Shown here in pieces: positions 26,482 through 35,303 of a DNA stretch of 64,000 nt (its first letter is position 1; every line of letters starts with the position of its first letter). The notes under the pieces are model-generated. The model did not search any database and was not told where the DNA came from. It saw nothing but the letters and a program-made list of their open reading frames with translations. The position numbers and the translations under genes are program-made. The stretch is from Alphaproteobacteria bacterium (GTDB lineage: Bacteria; Pseudomonadota; Alphaproteobacteria; Bin95), in the NCBI GenBank assembly GCA_963665325.3, contig CAXXWS020000002.1, forward strand, positions 512,001 to 576,000, given 5' to 3'.

Positions 26482-27413
26482 CGCCCGGACCTCGACCGGT
26501 AGGGGAGGTGCGGGCTCGTCCAGCCCTTCACGCGAACGCCCGGAGGACGCGCCTCGACCGAGACCACCCTCACGCCGCCCGGCAAGCGGTCGCCGGCCTC
26601 CACCCGCCAGACGTTCTCGCCGTCCGTCACCGCCGCGCGCAGCGCCTCGCCCGATCCCATCACCGCGAACCAGCCATAGGCGCGGGGCGGCTCGGGAGGC
26701 GGCGCCTTCTTCTCTTCCTTCGGCGCCGTCCTGGCCGCCTCGGCGGCCGCCTTCGCCTGCTGCTCGCGCACGATCTCCGCCCGCGCCGCCTCCAGCATCG
26801 CCGCATGCGCGCCGCGAACCCGCGCATCCGCCTCGCGGCGCGCCGTCTCCAGCTTCAGGGCTTCCGCCGCCCTCGCGGCCGCAGACTTGTTCAACGCCGC
26901 CGCCAGCTCGATCTCCGAGCCCACAAGCTCCTTCAGGATCGCCTGACGGTCCCGGCACAGCACCAGAACCTCGCGCTCCAGCTCCAGAGCCTCGCTGAAC
27001 TGGCCCTCGTTCACCGCGCTCGACAGCATCCGCACGATCGCCTCGCGCGGACACTCGAAGGTCCGCAATATCGCCGGCTCGTAAGCGATAACCGGAGGAC
27101 CGGAAGGAGAAGCCGGGGCGGCAGGGGGAGGATCGGCCTGCCGCCCCGGCAGACCGGCAGCGGCCGCAGCCGCCCCGCCCGCACGCCGCCCCGGCGCGCC
27201 GGCAGCGGACGGGGCGGCCACAGTACCCGCCGCCGCCGGTGTTGGTTGAAGATCGTCGCCCGCGCCGGACGGCTCCGATGCAGGCCTGAACTCCGGAGCC
27301 GGAGTCTTGATCGACGACCCGTCGGGGTCCTGCGCCGAGACCTCGCCGAACGACAGCACCGCCACCGACAGCGCGACCGCCGACAGCAGGAGACCGCGAC
27401 GGAGGCCGGCCAC
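26478..27413 (-). CDS. PilP-like type IVb pilus biogenesis protein
   Basis: Signal peptide, coiled coil, C-terminal VMGSGEALRA..V.AGDRLPGGVRV. Lies directly before PilQ. Confidence 0.7.
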   Translation of the reverse strand: MAGLRRGLLLSAVALSVAVLSFGEVSAQDPDGSSIKTPAPEFRPASEPSGAGDDLQPTPAAAGTVAAPSAAGAPGRRAGGAAAAAAGLPGRQADPPPAAPASPSGPPVIAYEPAILRTFECPREAIVRMLSSAVNEGQFSEALELEREVLVLCRDRQAILKELVGSEIELAAALNKSAAARAAEALKLETARREADARVRGAHAAMLEAARAEIVREQQAKAAAEAARTAPKEEKKAPPPEPPRAYGWFAVMGSGEALRAAVTDGENVWRVEAGDRLPGGVRVVSVEARPPGVRVKGWTSPHLPYRSRSGR

Positions 27414-27459
27414 GAAGGCTCCATTTGCCCCGCATCCCGAAACCGGGCAGGCTCCACCC

Positions 27460-27852
27460 GTGGCAAAATCGCCCCTCGATCTGGCCGGCATCGCCAAGGC
27501 GCTCGAAGACGCCGGAATGGAACCGGACGATGCCAGGGCCGCAGCCATGCGCGTGCGCGCCGGCGCCACCGCGAACCCTCCCGGATACCACCTCGATATC
27601 CGGGACCGGAAACTCCGCAACGAGCTCATCGAAGCCGTCGCCGAAACCGGGAGGCATATCGACCGTAGCGAAGGACGAATCCTCGAACGCTTCTCGGAGA
27701 TCGAACGTCGGCACATCGACGCCTCAGCGCGCCATCTCGACGCCGTCGAATACCGCCTCGGAAAACGCCTCGCCCGGCTCGTCTGGATGCTGTTCGCAGC
27801 CCTCGCGGCAATCCTCGCCGTCGCAGCAGCCGCGCTCCGATATCTGGACTGA
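27460..27852 (+). CDS. DUF1640/CCDC90-like coiled-coil protein with C-terminal TM (copy 1)
   Basis: LD..AKALEDAGM..ARA head, coiled-coil stalk, C-terminal hydrophobic anchor. Confidence 0.7.
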   Translation: MAKSPLDLAGIAKALEDAGMEPDDARAAAMRVRAGATANPPGYHLDIRDRKLRNELIEAVAETGRHIDRSEGRILERFSEIERRHIDASARHLDAVEYRLGKRLARLVWMLFAALAAILAVAAAALRYLD

Positions 27853-27888
27853 GCCGGCGCGACCGGGCCGGGAAGAGCCGTTGCCGCC

Positions 27889-28275
27889 TTGACGAGAACC
27901 GGCGCTGCAATACAGGATGCGCCCATCGCCGCACAGTTCGATACGCTTATCGCCGCAGAGGCGCTGGAAGATGCCGGTATCGACCGGACGCACGCCAAGG
28001 CCATCGCTGCCCAGCTCCAGGTCGCCTCCGATGCTGGCGAGCCGGTGAGCCGCCCGGCACTCGAAGCCGCACTCGGCGCGCTCAAGGCTGAACTGCTCGA
28101 ACGCATCGGAAAAACCGACGAGCGAATCGCTTCAACCGAGAAGAACCTGCTCGAACGCATCGCCGAGACCGAACGCCGGCTTATGGACCGGACTGCCGCT
28201 TTGCTCTGGCGATTCTTCGGCGCCATGGTCGCGCTTGCCGGCGTCATCATCGCCGCAGTCAAGCTGATCCCCTGA
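27889..28275 (+). CDS. DUF1640/CCDC90-like coiled-coil protein with C-terminal TM (copy 2)
   Basis: FDTL.AAEALEDAGI..HAKAI head; heptads; ends VKLIP. Start uncertain (TTG 27889 or ATC 27925). Confidence 0.8.
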   Translation: MTRTGAAIQDAPIAAQFDTLIAAEALEDAGIDRTHAKAIAAQLQVASDAGEPVSRPALEAALGALKAELLERIGKTDERIASTEKNLLERIAETERRLMDRTAALLWRFFGAMVALAGVIIAAVKLIP

Positions 28276-28353
28276 CCGGGCACGCCCGGCCCGGCAGAAA
28301 CCGGGACCGCGTAGGAAAGACGGCGGAAAGCGCGCGGCATCGTCCGGCAAGCC

Positions 28354-29607
28354 TCAGTCGATCTTGTCCGGCGTGGACCGCGTCCATACCGCCGGTTGCA
28401 TATCGAGGTCGGCCGCCAGTTCGCGCCAGCCTATGCTCCGCAGACCCGCCGGATCGTCCCTGACCGTCATCTCAAGACGGCCCCGCGTCCAACGCCAGAC
28501 CCCGTCAAAATGCGGGCCCTCGACAAGGTTCCCGGCCTCGTCCACCACCGAGAACTTCCCCTCGGGATGGAATACGAAACGCTTGTCCGCATAGGCCGCG
28601 CCCATGAACGGCAACTCGCGCGGATATGGGCGCGCCAGAAACTCGTCCGTCAGTTGGAACGCCTCATGGCGATGACCGGTGGGGAGATAGGGTAATGGAT
28701 CGCCCATCCGATAGCGGGCCACGGTCTTCCCGTCGAATTTCCAGGCGAACCATTTGCTGCCTGACTCTTCGTACTCCACCAGGCCCGCTATCCACGCGAG
28801 GGTCCCCTCGTCCTTCAGTCCCCATATTTCATGCTGCCCCACACCTTCTTCATGCCGAACGAACACGCGTCCGTGTCCCTGCGGACCGCGCATCACATTG
28901 CCTTCCTGCTCATTCAGGAACGTCCACACCTCGTCTCTCGTGGTTGTAGGAACGCCCGATGCCGCTATGCCCGTCCGGCCGGGTCCCGTCAGATGGGAAC
29001 CCGGAAAGTGCCGGATGACTGCATCCGTATCCTGCTCTCGCAGCTTCCGCAGGCTCGACGAGGTCTGTTTCTCGTTCACTTTCATGCCCGCTGGCAGTTC
29101 TATGCGGGGACAGCCATTTGCGAACAAGCGGGGCCAACTGTCCTGCACCCAGCCTGCAGTAAAGCGCATCCAAGCTTGCTTTTCGCCGCGCCTGATCTCG
29201 TTGGCCAAGGTACCGGTTATCCGGTCGTAGTAGAGAAATTTAAACTTGGGTTTGGTTTGCTTTCTTACAGTCTTTATGGAGGCTTCGAGGTTGTTCTCTA
29301 CTTCCCAACGAACTGGTTCCTGCGCCACCCAATGCAACCTGTTGGTCGTCTTGTCTGTCCACCACGCTTTGCACTCCACATACTGCCCATTCTTCCGGAA
29401 CAGCAGGGCATGCGGAACATTGCGATATTTTGGATGTTTCGGGTTATGGAAAACCCAAACTTTCCCCGAGAGTAATTCCCCGAAAAACTCCGCATGATGA
29501 GACGTGTAATTGATTGTCCTGTAGGCCTCTTCTTTGGCCGACACTGGTCCAGGTGCCATGCCGAACGACAGCACCAACGCCATTCCAACCAAGATCGTTT
29601 TCTTCAT
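28354..29607 (-). CDS. Hypothetical secreted protein, lower GC
   Basis: MKK signal peptide (VSA-K), 417 aa. 5' half is visibly AT-richer than the operon. Confidence 0.8.
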   Translation of the reverse strand: MKKTILVGMALVLSFGMAPGPVSAKEEAYRTINYTSHHAEFFGELLSGKVWVFHNPKHPKYRNVPHALLFRKNGQYVECKAWWTDKTTNRLHWVAQEPVRWEVENNLEASIKTVRKQTKPKFKFLYYDRITGTLANEIRRGEKQAWMRFTAGWVQDSWPRLFANGCPRIELPAGMKVNEKQTSSSLRKLREQDTDAVIRHFPGSHLTGPGRTGIAASGVPTTTRDEVWTFLNEQEGNVMRGPQGHGRVFVRHEEGVGQHEIWGLKDEGTLAWIAGLVEYEESGSKWFAWKFDGKTVARYRMGDPLPYLPTGHRHEAFQLTDEFLARPYPRELPFMGAAYADKRFVFHPEGKFSVVDEAGNLVEGPHFDGVWRWTRGRLEMTVRDDPAGLRSIGWRELAADLDMQPAVWTRSTPDKID

Positions 29608-29644
29608 GCCATCCGCCCTCCAACCCTGCGGTAGCTCATCCAGC

Positions 29645-30946
29645 TCAAGGCGGTGATCCCCCATTCCCGGATTCGCTGCCGCTGCTCCCGTCAGCGCCGC
29701 CGTCGTTGCCACCGTCGCCATGCCCCGAGTCACCAGGGCTCACACCGGAATGGCTGTCCGTCGTTCCGTGATAGCCACCTATCCCGCCGACCTCTCCGGG
29801 ATTGCCGCTGGTGCCGCTGGTGCCGCTGGTGCCGGAGTGCCCGCCGTTTTCGCCGTCGGGGCCCTCGCCGCAGCCGCTCTGACACTCATCGGGCGGTATC
29901 GGCGTGCAGTTCTCGACCGTGCGCACCAGCCGCCTGGCGCCGTTTACCCGCGCCACGCGCCGGGTCGTGACGACCGGAGCTCCCGGGCGCACCTGGAAGT
30001 CGCGATACTCCGTGTTCTGCTCGTAATGCAGCGTGCAGGTCCCCGAATAGCCGGCAGGGCAGCTGCAGGGCCCCGTCGTCTTGTGGACGGGCCCCGGCCT
30101 CCAGTTGATGATCGGGTCCGGGATCGGCGTCGGAGGCGGCGCCTGCGCATACTGGAACGGACAGAGGCCCTCGGCATGGCGCCAGTCGGTGCATGCGGCC
30201 CGCGAGCCCAGACCCGCCCGGAGCGCGCAGTCGCGCGGCCAGAGATGCGGTGCGGACGGTGCCGTCTCCGAGAGGTCGTTGCAGTTGGGCGTCGCCGCCG
30301 GGCAGTCGGTCAGCGCCGTCACCTGGATCGGAACCTGCCGCGCCTCGCGGAAGGTGTCCGCCGGCGAGCCCGGACAGGCGACGTCCCGCGTCTCCGTCTC
30401 CCAGCGTATGCCCGTCACCGTGCGGATCGGATCGGCGACCGCGCCCACAAGGCCCACACGGTCCTCGGCCGTCGAGGGAATACCCATACAGGCGGGCAGC
30501 GCCGTGTCATCGCGTCCATGCGCGCCCCGCGCGATGCGCGTGTTCGCCAGGATCACATGCAGGCCCGTCCGGTCGCCGCCATGAAGCACGGGCGCAACCT
30601 GGACCTCCCTGTGGCCCCGGCCCAGGCCCTTCAGCTCGTCCTGTCCCGCATAGACCGCCAGCACCCCCTCGCAGTAGCGCGCCGTCAGACCCCGCTCCGT
30701 CCAGGACGAAAGCCACCAGGACCCGGAAGGGGGAGCGGCAAGGCCGGTCCATTCATCTTCCCAGAGATTCGCAACATCCGTCACCCGGATGCGCGCCTCC
30801 ACGCTCTGCCAGGCGCTCTGGATCGCCACCGCATGCGCCAGCGCCTCCTGCTGGCGCGTCCGGTCCGGATCGCCCGTCTGGGCCATGGCGCCCGAGGCGA
30901 GCCCCGCGAATACAAGCGCCAGAAGCGCCGTTGCAAACGGTCTCAT
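29645..30946 (-). CDS. Secreted Cys-rich protein with Gly/Ser/Asp-rich tail (adhesin-like)
   Basis: Signal peptide (AMA-Q), many Cys including CSCPAGYSGTC, tail GTSGTSGTS..DGG. Confidence 0.72.
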   Translation of the reverse strand: MRPFATALLALVFAGLASGAMAQTGDPDRTRQQEALAHAVAIQSAWQSVEARIRVTDVANLWEDEWTGLAAPPSGSWWLSSWTERGLTARYCEGVLAVYAGQDELKGLGRGHREVQVAPVLHGGDRTGLHVILANTRIARGAHGRDDTALPACMGIPSTAEDRVGLVGAVADPIRTVTGIRWETETRDVACPGSPADTFREARQVPIQVTALTDCPAATPNCNDLSETAPSAPHLWPRDCALRAGLGSRAACTDWRHAEGLCPFQYAQAPPPTPIPDPIINWRPGPVHKTTGPCSCPAGYSGTCTLHYEQNTEYRDFQVRPGAPVVTTRRVARVNGARRLVRTVENCTPIPPDECQSGCGEGPDGENGGHSGTSGTSGTSGNPGEVGGIGGYHGTTDSHSGVSPGDSGHGDGGNDGGADGSSGSESGNGGSPP

Positions 30947-31027
30947 CCGGATCACCCCGCTTTCGTGCATAATGTCCGCCCTCCCGCCTGTTCGCCCCGG
31001 ACACGCCCCGCACCACAGGAGGCCCCC

Positions 31028-31441
31028 ATGGCCGAGCCGTTCGACATTGTCGCCGCGGCCGGCACGCTCGTGGACGCCGGGATAGAGCCGCAGAAGGCCC
31101 GGGCGGTCGCCCTCCAGCTCCGGGCCGCCGCCGTCGCGGGCGAGCCGGTGAACGGGGCCGAGCTCGAAGCCGCGCTCGACGCGCTCCGGGCCGCCCTGCT
31201 CGAAGCCGGCGCCGGGACCGACCGCAATATCGCCGCCACCGAAGAGCGGCTCATGGAACGCTTCGAGAAGTCCGACCGGCGCATCGAGTCCATCCTCCGG
31301 CAGTTCAACGCGACCGAGCACCGCCTCAACGCGACCGCAGCCGAGACCGACCGGCACATGGCCCGGCTGTTCTGGCGCTTCTTCGCCGCCATGGCCGCGC
31401 TCACCTGCCTCGCCGTCCTCGCCATCAAATACCTGCCCTGA
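31028..31441 (+). CDS. DUF1640/CCDC90-like coiled-coil protein with C-terminal TM (copy 3)
   Basis: AGGAGG RBS; MAEPFD..LVDAGI; GEPV..LEAAL; FWRFF..KYLP. Paralog of copy 2. Confidence 0.82.
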   Translation: MAEPFDIVAAAGTLVDAGIEPQKARAVALQLRAAAVAGEPVNGAELEAALDALRAALLEAGAGTDRNIAATEERLMERFEKSDRRIESILRQFNATEHRLNATAAETDRHMARLFWRFFAAMAALTCLAVLAIKYLP

Positions 31442-31496
31442 CCCGAAGGGCACGGCACGGCGGCAACCGTCGCGACGGTCGGAGCGGCCGGGCGCA

Positions 31497-32189
31497 TCAT
31501 CGCGACTCCCCGAACAGGGCAACCCAGCATTGCCTCCGGGCTTCCCTCTCCCCGGCAATGAGGTCCCGCCAGGCGCGCCAAAGGCCGACGCCGCGACGCT
31601 CGGCGGCAATGGCTATCCACCCGCCGTCCGACCAGCCCCCGAGAAGCAGCGCGGAGAAGGCCAGCCAGCCGGCCAGGTTGCCCCCGCCTTCTCTGCCGAC
31701 AGAGGCAAGAACAATTGCCGCGAAGATCAGGGCGAAACGCCCGCCTCCGAACCGGTCCGCCGGCAGCAGGGCCTTGCGCTTTCGGTGATTGCGGCGCTCC
31801 AGGACGAAGATCAGCAGCAGCATGGCCAGGTAGGCGCCAACGCCACCGAAAACCCTTCCCGGATTCGAACCGTCAGGATCGACAAGGTCGGCCCCGATGA
31901 GGACAATTCCGGCGAGACACGACAACATCAGGGATCGACCGCCATGCAGGAACTCCCACCGGATGCCGCTCGCGCCATCGCTCAAGAGTTCGCTCTCCTC
32001 GATTTCGCAAGGGACGCCGCGACCAGCGAAGTCACCGGGCTCATTGCCGCGCTCCTTGTCGCTGCCGGCTTCTGGTGTGCCGAGCATGTCGAGTTGGCCA
32101 TTACTGTCGTCTGCATCGGGTTTTCCATCTATGGCCTGGCCCAGGTCTTCTGACCGGCCAGTCCGTCCGACACGCCTCAACCACCGCAT
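31497..32189 (-). CDS. Hypothetical membrane protein (paralog family A)
   Basis: TGATG-coupled to the PilO-like gene; about 4 TM; C-terminus GWSDGGW..RRGVGLW..EREARR..GE. Confidence 0.68.
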   Translation of the reverse strand: MRWLRRVGRTGRSEDLGQAIDGKPDADDSNGQLDMLGTPEAGSDKERGNEPGDFAGRGVPCEIEESELLSDGASGIRWEFLHGGRSLMLSCLAGIVLIGADLVDPDGSNPGRVFGGVGAYLAMLLLIFVLERRNHRKRKALLPADRFGGGRFALIFAAIVLASVGREGGGNLAGWLAFSALLLGGWSDGGWIAIAAERRGVGLWRAWRDLIAGEREARRQCWVALFGESR

Positions 32190-33484
32190 CAGCCCGACCT
32201 CCCCGTTGTGCGATCCGCCGCCGCGCCCGCCTGCGTCAGCGCGTCGAACTCGCTCTCCAGCATGGTGAACGGCCGCGTCCGCCTGACCCCGAACCGCCAG
32301 CCGCCCTCTTCGCTCCAGGAGACCGAGGCGACCTCGACACCCTCCATGGCGGACAGCATCGCCACCGCCTCCCTGAGCGGCCTGCCGGTGCCGAGCACCG
32401 CTTCTGCGTCCGCGCCGAACTCCGTGTATTCGATATCGAAGCCGCGAAGCGCCAGCGTCCGGTCCAGAAGGTCCCGGAACTGCGTCGGCTCCAGCGCGTG
32501 GCCGGCCTTCGGGTCGTGCCGCTCGAGCACCGAAGGCAGTGCGACAAGCGCAACCGATGCGCCGTTGTCGTCGATGAACGCCTTCGGCCAGCCGCGCAGC
32601 ATGTCCCGGGCCATCGGTTCGTAGACGCGCGGGTCGAGGCCTTCCCTGAGCGCCCAGCGGACCTCCAGCACCGGCCGGCCCATCCCGGCGCCCCATGAGG
32701 CGCCCGACTCGCTCCCGGCAAACCTCGGATGGCAGACCACGGCGCGGCGGTCGAACCCCGCCATGCGCACCCTGAGCCCGTCCCAGCCCGCCTGGCACGA
32801 CCGCAGGAATGCCGGCGTCACCACGACCGCCTCCACCGTCGGCGGCTCCTCCGGTTCCGGCTTCCCGTACCCGGCCAGCTCCAGAATGTCGTCGTAATGC
32901 TGCCAGCCCGCATATGCGGCCCCGCCCACGACCAGCAGCAGCGTCGCCGCCCAGGTCGCGGCCTTCGACAGGCTCCCCTTCGGCGCCTCGACCAGGACCG
33001 GCAGGTCCTTCGCGGCGGCAGCAATGCTCGACGGCTCGACGGTCGCGGCTTCCTCGAACAGCGCCGCCAGGCCCGGCGTCGCGAGAATGCGCACGCCCTG
33101 GGTGGCGCCTGTCCCGAGCGCCCTCTGCGCCTCCGCAGCCGACTGAAACACGCCGTCGCCGCCGGGAAGGACCGTGCCGCCCGAACCGCGCACCACCCCG
33201 ACCCGCTTCGGCCCCTCGCCCTCGCCGTCCTCCTCGATGAACGCCGTCCAGGGCGACCTGCCCTCCGGGCGCTTGCGCATATACTCCACGAGCGCGCCCG
33301 CCAGCGGCGCCAGCCCGCCGGGGTTCTCGATATCGCCGAGGAATCCCGTCTGCCCGCCGAGCTCGACCGCCCAGCGATGGCCCCGGTCGCGCGCCGCCTT
33401 CGCCGCCTTGCCCCCGCGCAGGACCTCGCGCTCCCAGTCGAGACCGGCCGCGAAACGGTGACCGCCGACGACAAGTACGCTCAT
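32189..33484 (-). CDS. PilO-like pilin accessory protein
   Basis: RFAAGLDW N-terminus, central TM, directly after the secretin. Confidence 0.78.
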   Translation of the reverse strand: MSVLVVGGHRFAAGLDWEREVLRGGKAAKAARDRGHRWAVELGGQTGFLGDIENPGGLAPLAGALVEYMRKRPEGRSPWTAFIEEDGEGEGPKRVGVVRGSGGTVLPGGDGVFQSAAEAQRALGTGATQGVRILATPGLAALFEEAATVEPSSIAAAAKDLPVLVEAPKGSLSKAATWAATLLLVVGGAAYAGWQHYDDILELAGYGKPEPEEPPTVEAVVVTPAFLRSCQAGWDGLRVRMAGFDRRAVVCHPRFAGSESGASWGAGMGRPVLEVRWALREGLDPRVYEPMARDMLRGWPKAFIDDNGASVALVALPSVLERHDPKAGHALEPTQFRDLLDRTLALRGFDIEYTEFGADAEAVLGTGRPLREAVAMLSAMEGVEVASVSWSEEGGWRFGVRRTRPFTMLESEFDALTQAGAAADRTTGRSG

Positions 33485-35247
33485 CCGCCAGCCTCCCGGG
33501 CCGCGCCGGCTGCCGCCGGAGAGACCGCATCCTGGAGGGCCGGGGCCGCCGGGGCCGCATTGCCGCTTTCAACCTTCGCGACAGGCCCGCCGGCGCCCTC
33601 GCCGAGCTGGCGTTCCGTAATGCCGAGCGGCGTCCCGATATCGGCCGTCACCAGCAGCGCCGTCTCGGCGCGGACGATGGCCGCATCCGCGCCGCCTTCG
33701 GGCAGGGGCACCGCCGGATGGAACGTGCCCGACCGCTCGCCAGAGGACGCCCGCTCGCGGAAGCCCGTGAGGAGAAGCGTCTCGCCCCTCGCGATGCGCT
33801 GCGTCACCACGATCGCGCGGCGTCCGGACGCCGGAAGCTGGATCTGGTTGCCAGCCGGCCCGAAAGGCACGATCTCAGGAGCATCCTGGATCGTCGCCGT
33901 AATCCGCGCCAGAACCTCGTCCGGCGCGACGATCCGCGCCACGAAACTCAACCCGAAACCCCACGACACCGTATCGGGCTCCAGTTCGAACGTCCGCAGC
34001 CCTTCCTGAACCGTTGTCGTGATCTTCGCCAGATAGGCTTGGTCGAACAGGTCGTAGAACTGCGCCGGGCGCCCGTTCAGGGTCGGTACGTCCACCGACA
34101 GCACCCGCGAGGCCGTGCCGACCTTGCGGAGCGCATTCACCGTCGCCCGCAGGGACGAGGCACCGATCGATGTCGGCCTCACCACGGAAATCGTGCCGCC
34201 GTCGACGCCGACCACGAAGTTGGACCCAAACACCTCCGGCAGAATGCCCGTCAGACCCACCTCATAGTCCGAGCCCTTGTCGAAGCGCACCGAGTAGACG
34301 TGCACCGACAAGGTCACCGGGCGCAGCACATGCCCGTTCACATGCTCCAGATAGGCCCGCACACGGTCCGCCGCCCGGGGCAGGCCGGTCACCGTCACCG
34401 TCCCGGCCGTCGTCGAAACCGAAACCGCGCCCTCCGGACCCGCCGCCGCAACCGCCTGCGGCCCGATCTCCTGCCAGGGATCGTAGGTCATCTCGGACGA
34501 GATCGATTGCGAGGAAGTGCCGCTCGTCCCCTCGCCGGCGCTCCCGGACGTCGTCGTCGTCACGCCGTATGTTTGCCTCCCCGCCAGTGCGTGGACCTCG
34601 AAGATGCGCGTCTCGGAGCGCACGACCTCGACCAGCGCCGCCTCGTCATCGTACTGCCACCGGTAGCCCGCAGCCTGCGTCCAGGCGTCCAGCAGCCGGT
34701 CAAGCGGACCCGACCACACGCCGGCCTCGCCCGCCAGCTCGTCTGACCAGGACGAGAGCCAGTCCACGCGAACGGTGTCCGTCAGCGTACGAACGGTATC
34801 CGTTACTGCGTCCACGGGTCCGCCCTCGCCGACAGGGGACTGCCAGCGGACGCCGACCAGGCGGACCCCGATCCCGGCCGCATCCGATATCCGCCGCGCC
34901 AGAACCTCGTCACCCGGCTCGTCGCCGAGCGTGACAACGATCCCGGTCTCCGAGCGCAGGTCCTCGGGCAGGAGCGAACGATCCTCCGCCACCGGGCGCA
35001 GCGCCAGATAAGGGTCCCTGGATTGCGTGAGAGAGCGGAAGCCGGGCCTGTCCGGCTCCAGCGAGCCGACCGAACCCAGGCGGGCCTCTACGGACGCCGC
35101 ATCTCGCGCAACCTCATCCTGGTCGAACCAGCCGCAGCCCGGCAGCAGAATTGCCGCCGCGAGGAAGAGCGCCCCGACAGCCCCTCCGGAACCTGACGCG
35201 GCAGCGTTCGAACCGGCCGTAAGTCCTTGTCGAGCGGTAGTTGACAG
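33481..35247 (-). CDS. PilN-like type IVb secretin lipoprotein (start non-canonical or frameshifted)
   Basis: WSGPLDRLLD, GTVTVTG.P..DRV, VPTLNGRPA, GETLLLTGF. The frame stays open upstream of the GTG at 34992 and contains LFLAAAILLPG-C (Cys near 35135). Confidence 0.88.
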   Translation of the reverse strand: MSTTARQGLTAGSNAAASGSGGAVGALFLAAAILLPGCGWFDQDEVARDAASVEARLGSVGSLEPDRPGFRSLTQSRDPYLALRPVAEDRSLLPEDLRSETGIVVTLGDEPGDEVLARRISDAAGIGVRLVGVRWQSPVGEGGPVDAVTDTVRTLTDTVRVDWLSSWSDELAGEAGVWSGPLDRLLDAWTQAAGYRWQYDDEAALVEVVRSETRIFEVHALAGRQTYGVTTTTSGSAGEGTSGTSSQSISSEMTYDPWQEIGPQAVAAAGPEGAVSVSTTAGTVTVTGLPRAADRVRAYLEHVNGHVLRPVTLSVHVYSVRFDKGSDYEVGLTGILPEVFGSNFVVGVDGGTISVVRPTSIGASSLRATVNALRKVGTASRVLSVDVPTLNGRPAQFYDLFDQAYLAKITTTVQEGLRTFELEPDTVSWGFGLSFVARIVAPDEVLARITATIQDAPEIVPFGPAGNQIQLPASGRRAIVVTQRIARGETLLLTGFRERASSGERSGTFHPAVPLPEGGADAAIVRAETALLVTADIGTPLGITERQLGEGAGGPVAKVESGNAAPAAPALQDAVSPAAAGAAREAGG

Positions 35248-35269
35248 ACCCCCGAATCCCCATCATCCT
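35241..35269 (+). promoter_or_regulatory. Possible sigma70 promoter
   Basis: TTGACA-17 nt-CATCCT upstream of the truncated dehydrogenase. Confidence 0.35.
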
Positions 35270-35303
35270 TCTTCCGAATGCAGTTGCCGGTCGGGTGCTT
35301 TTC

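Larger units (their letters stand above)
1..35270 (-). mobile_element. Part of an ICE/integrated conjugative element: type IVb pilus plus Dot/Icm-like (MPF-I) T4SS region; continues beyond the left edge
   Basis: About 30 co-oriented genes, mostly joined by ATGA/GTGA overlaps, with pil- and dot/icm/tra-like motifs plus ssb and HU. Abrupt switch to housekeeping genes near 35.3 kb. No integrase or att site seen, so the right boundary is approximate. Confidence 0.8.

Noticed and set aside
29650-29835. CCGCTGGTG tandem repeat as a CRISPR or regulatory repeat
   Set aside because: In-frame Gly-Thr-Ser low-complexity coding; no spacers.
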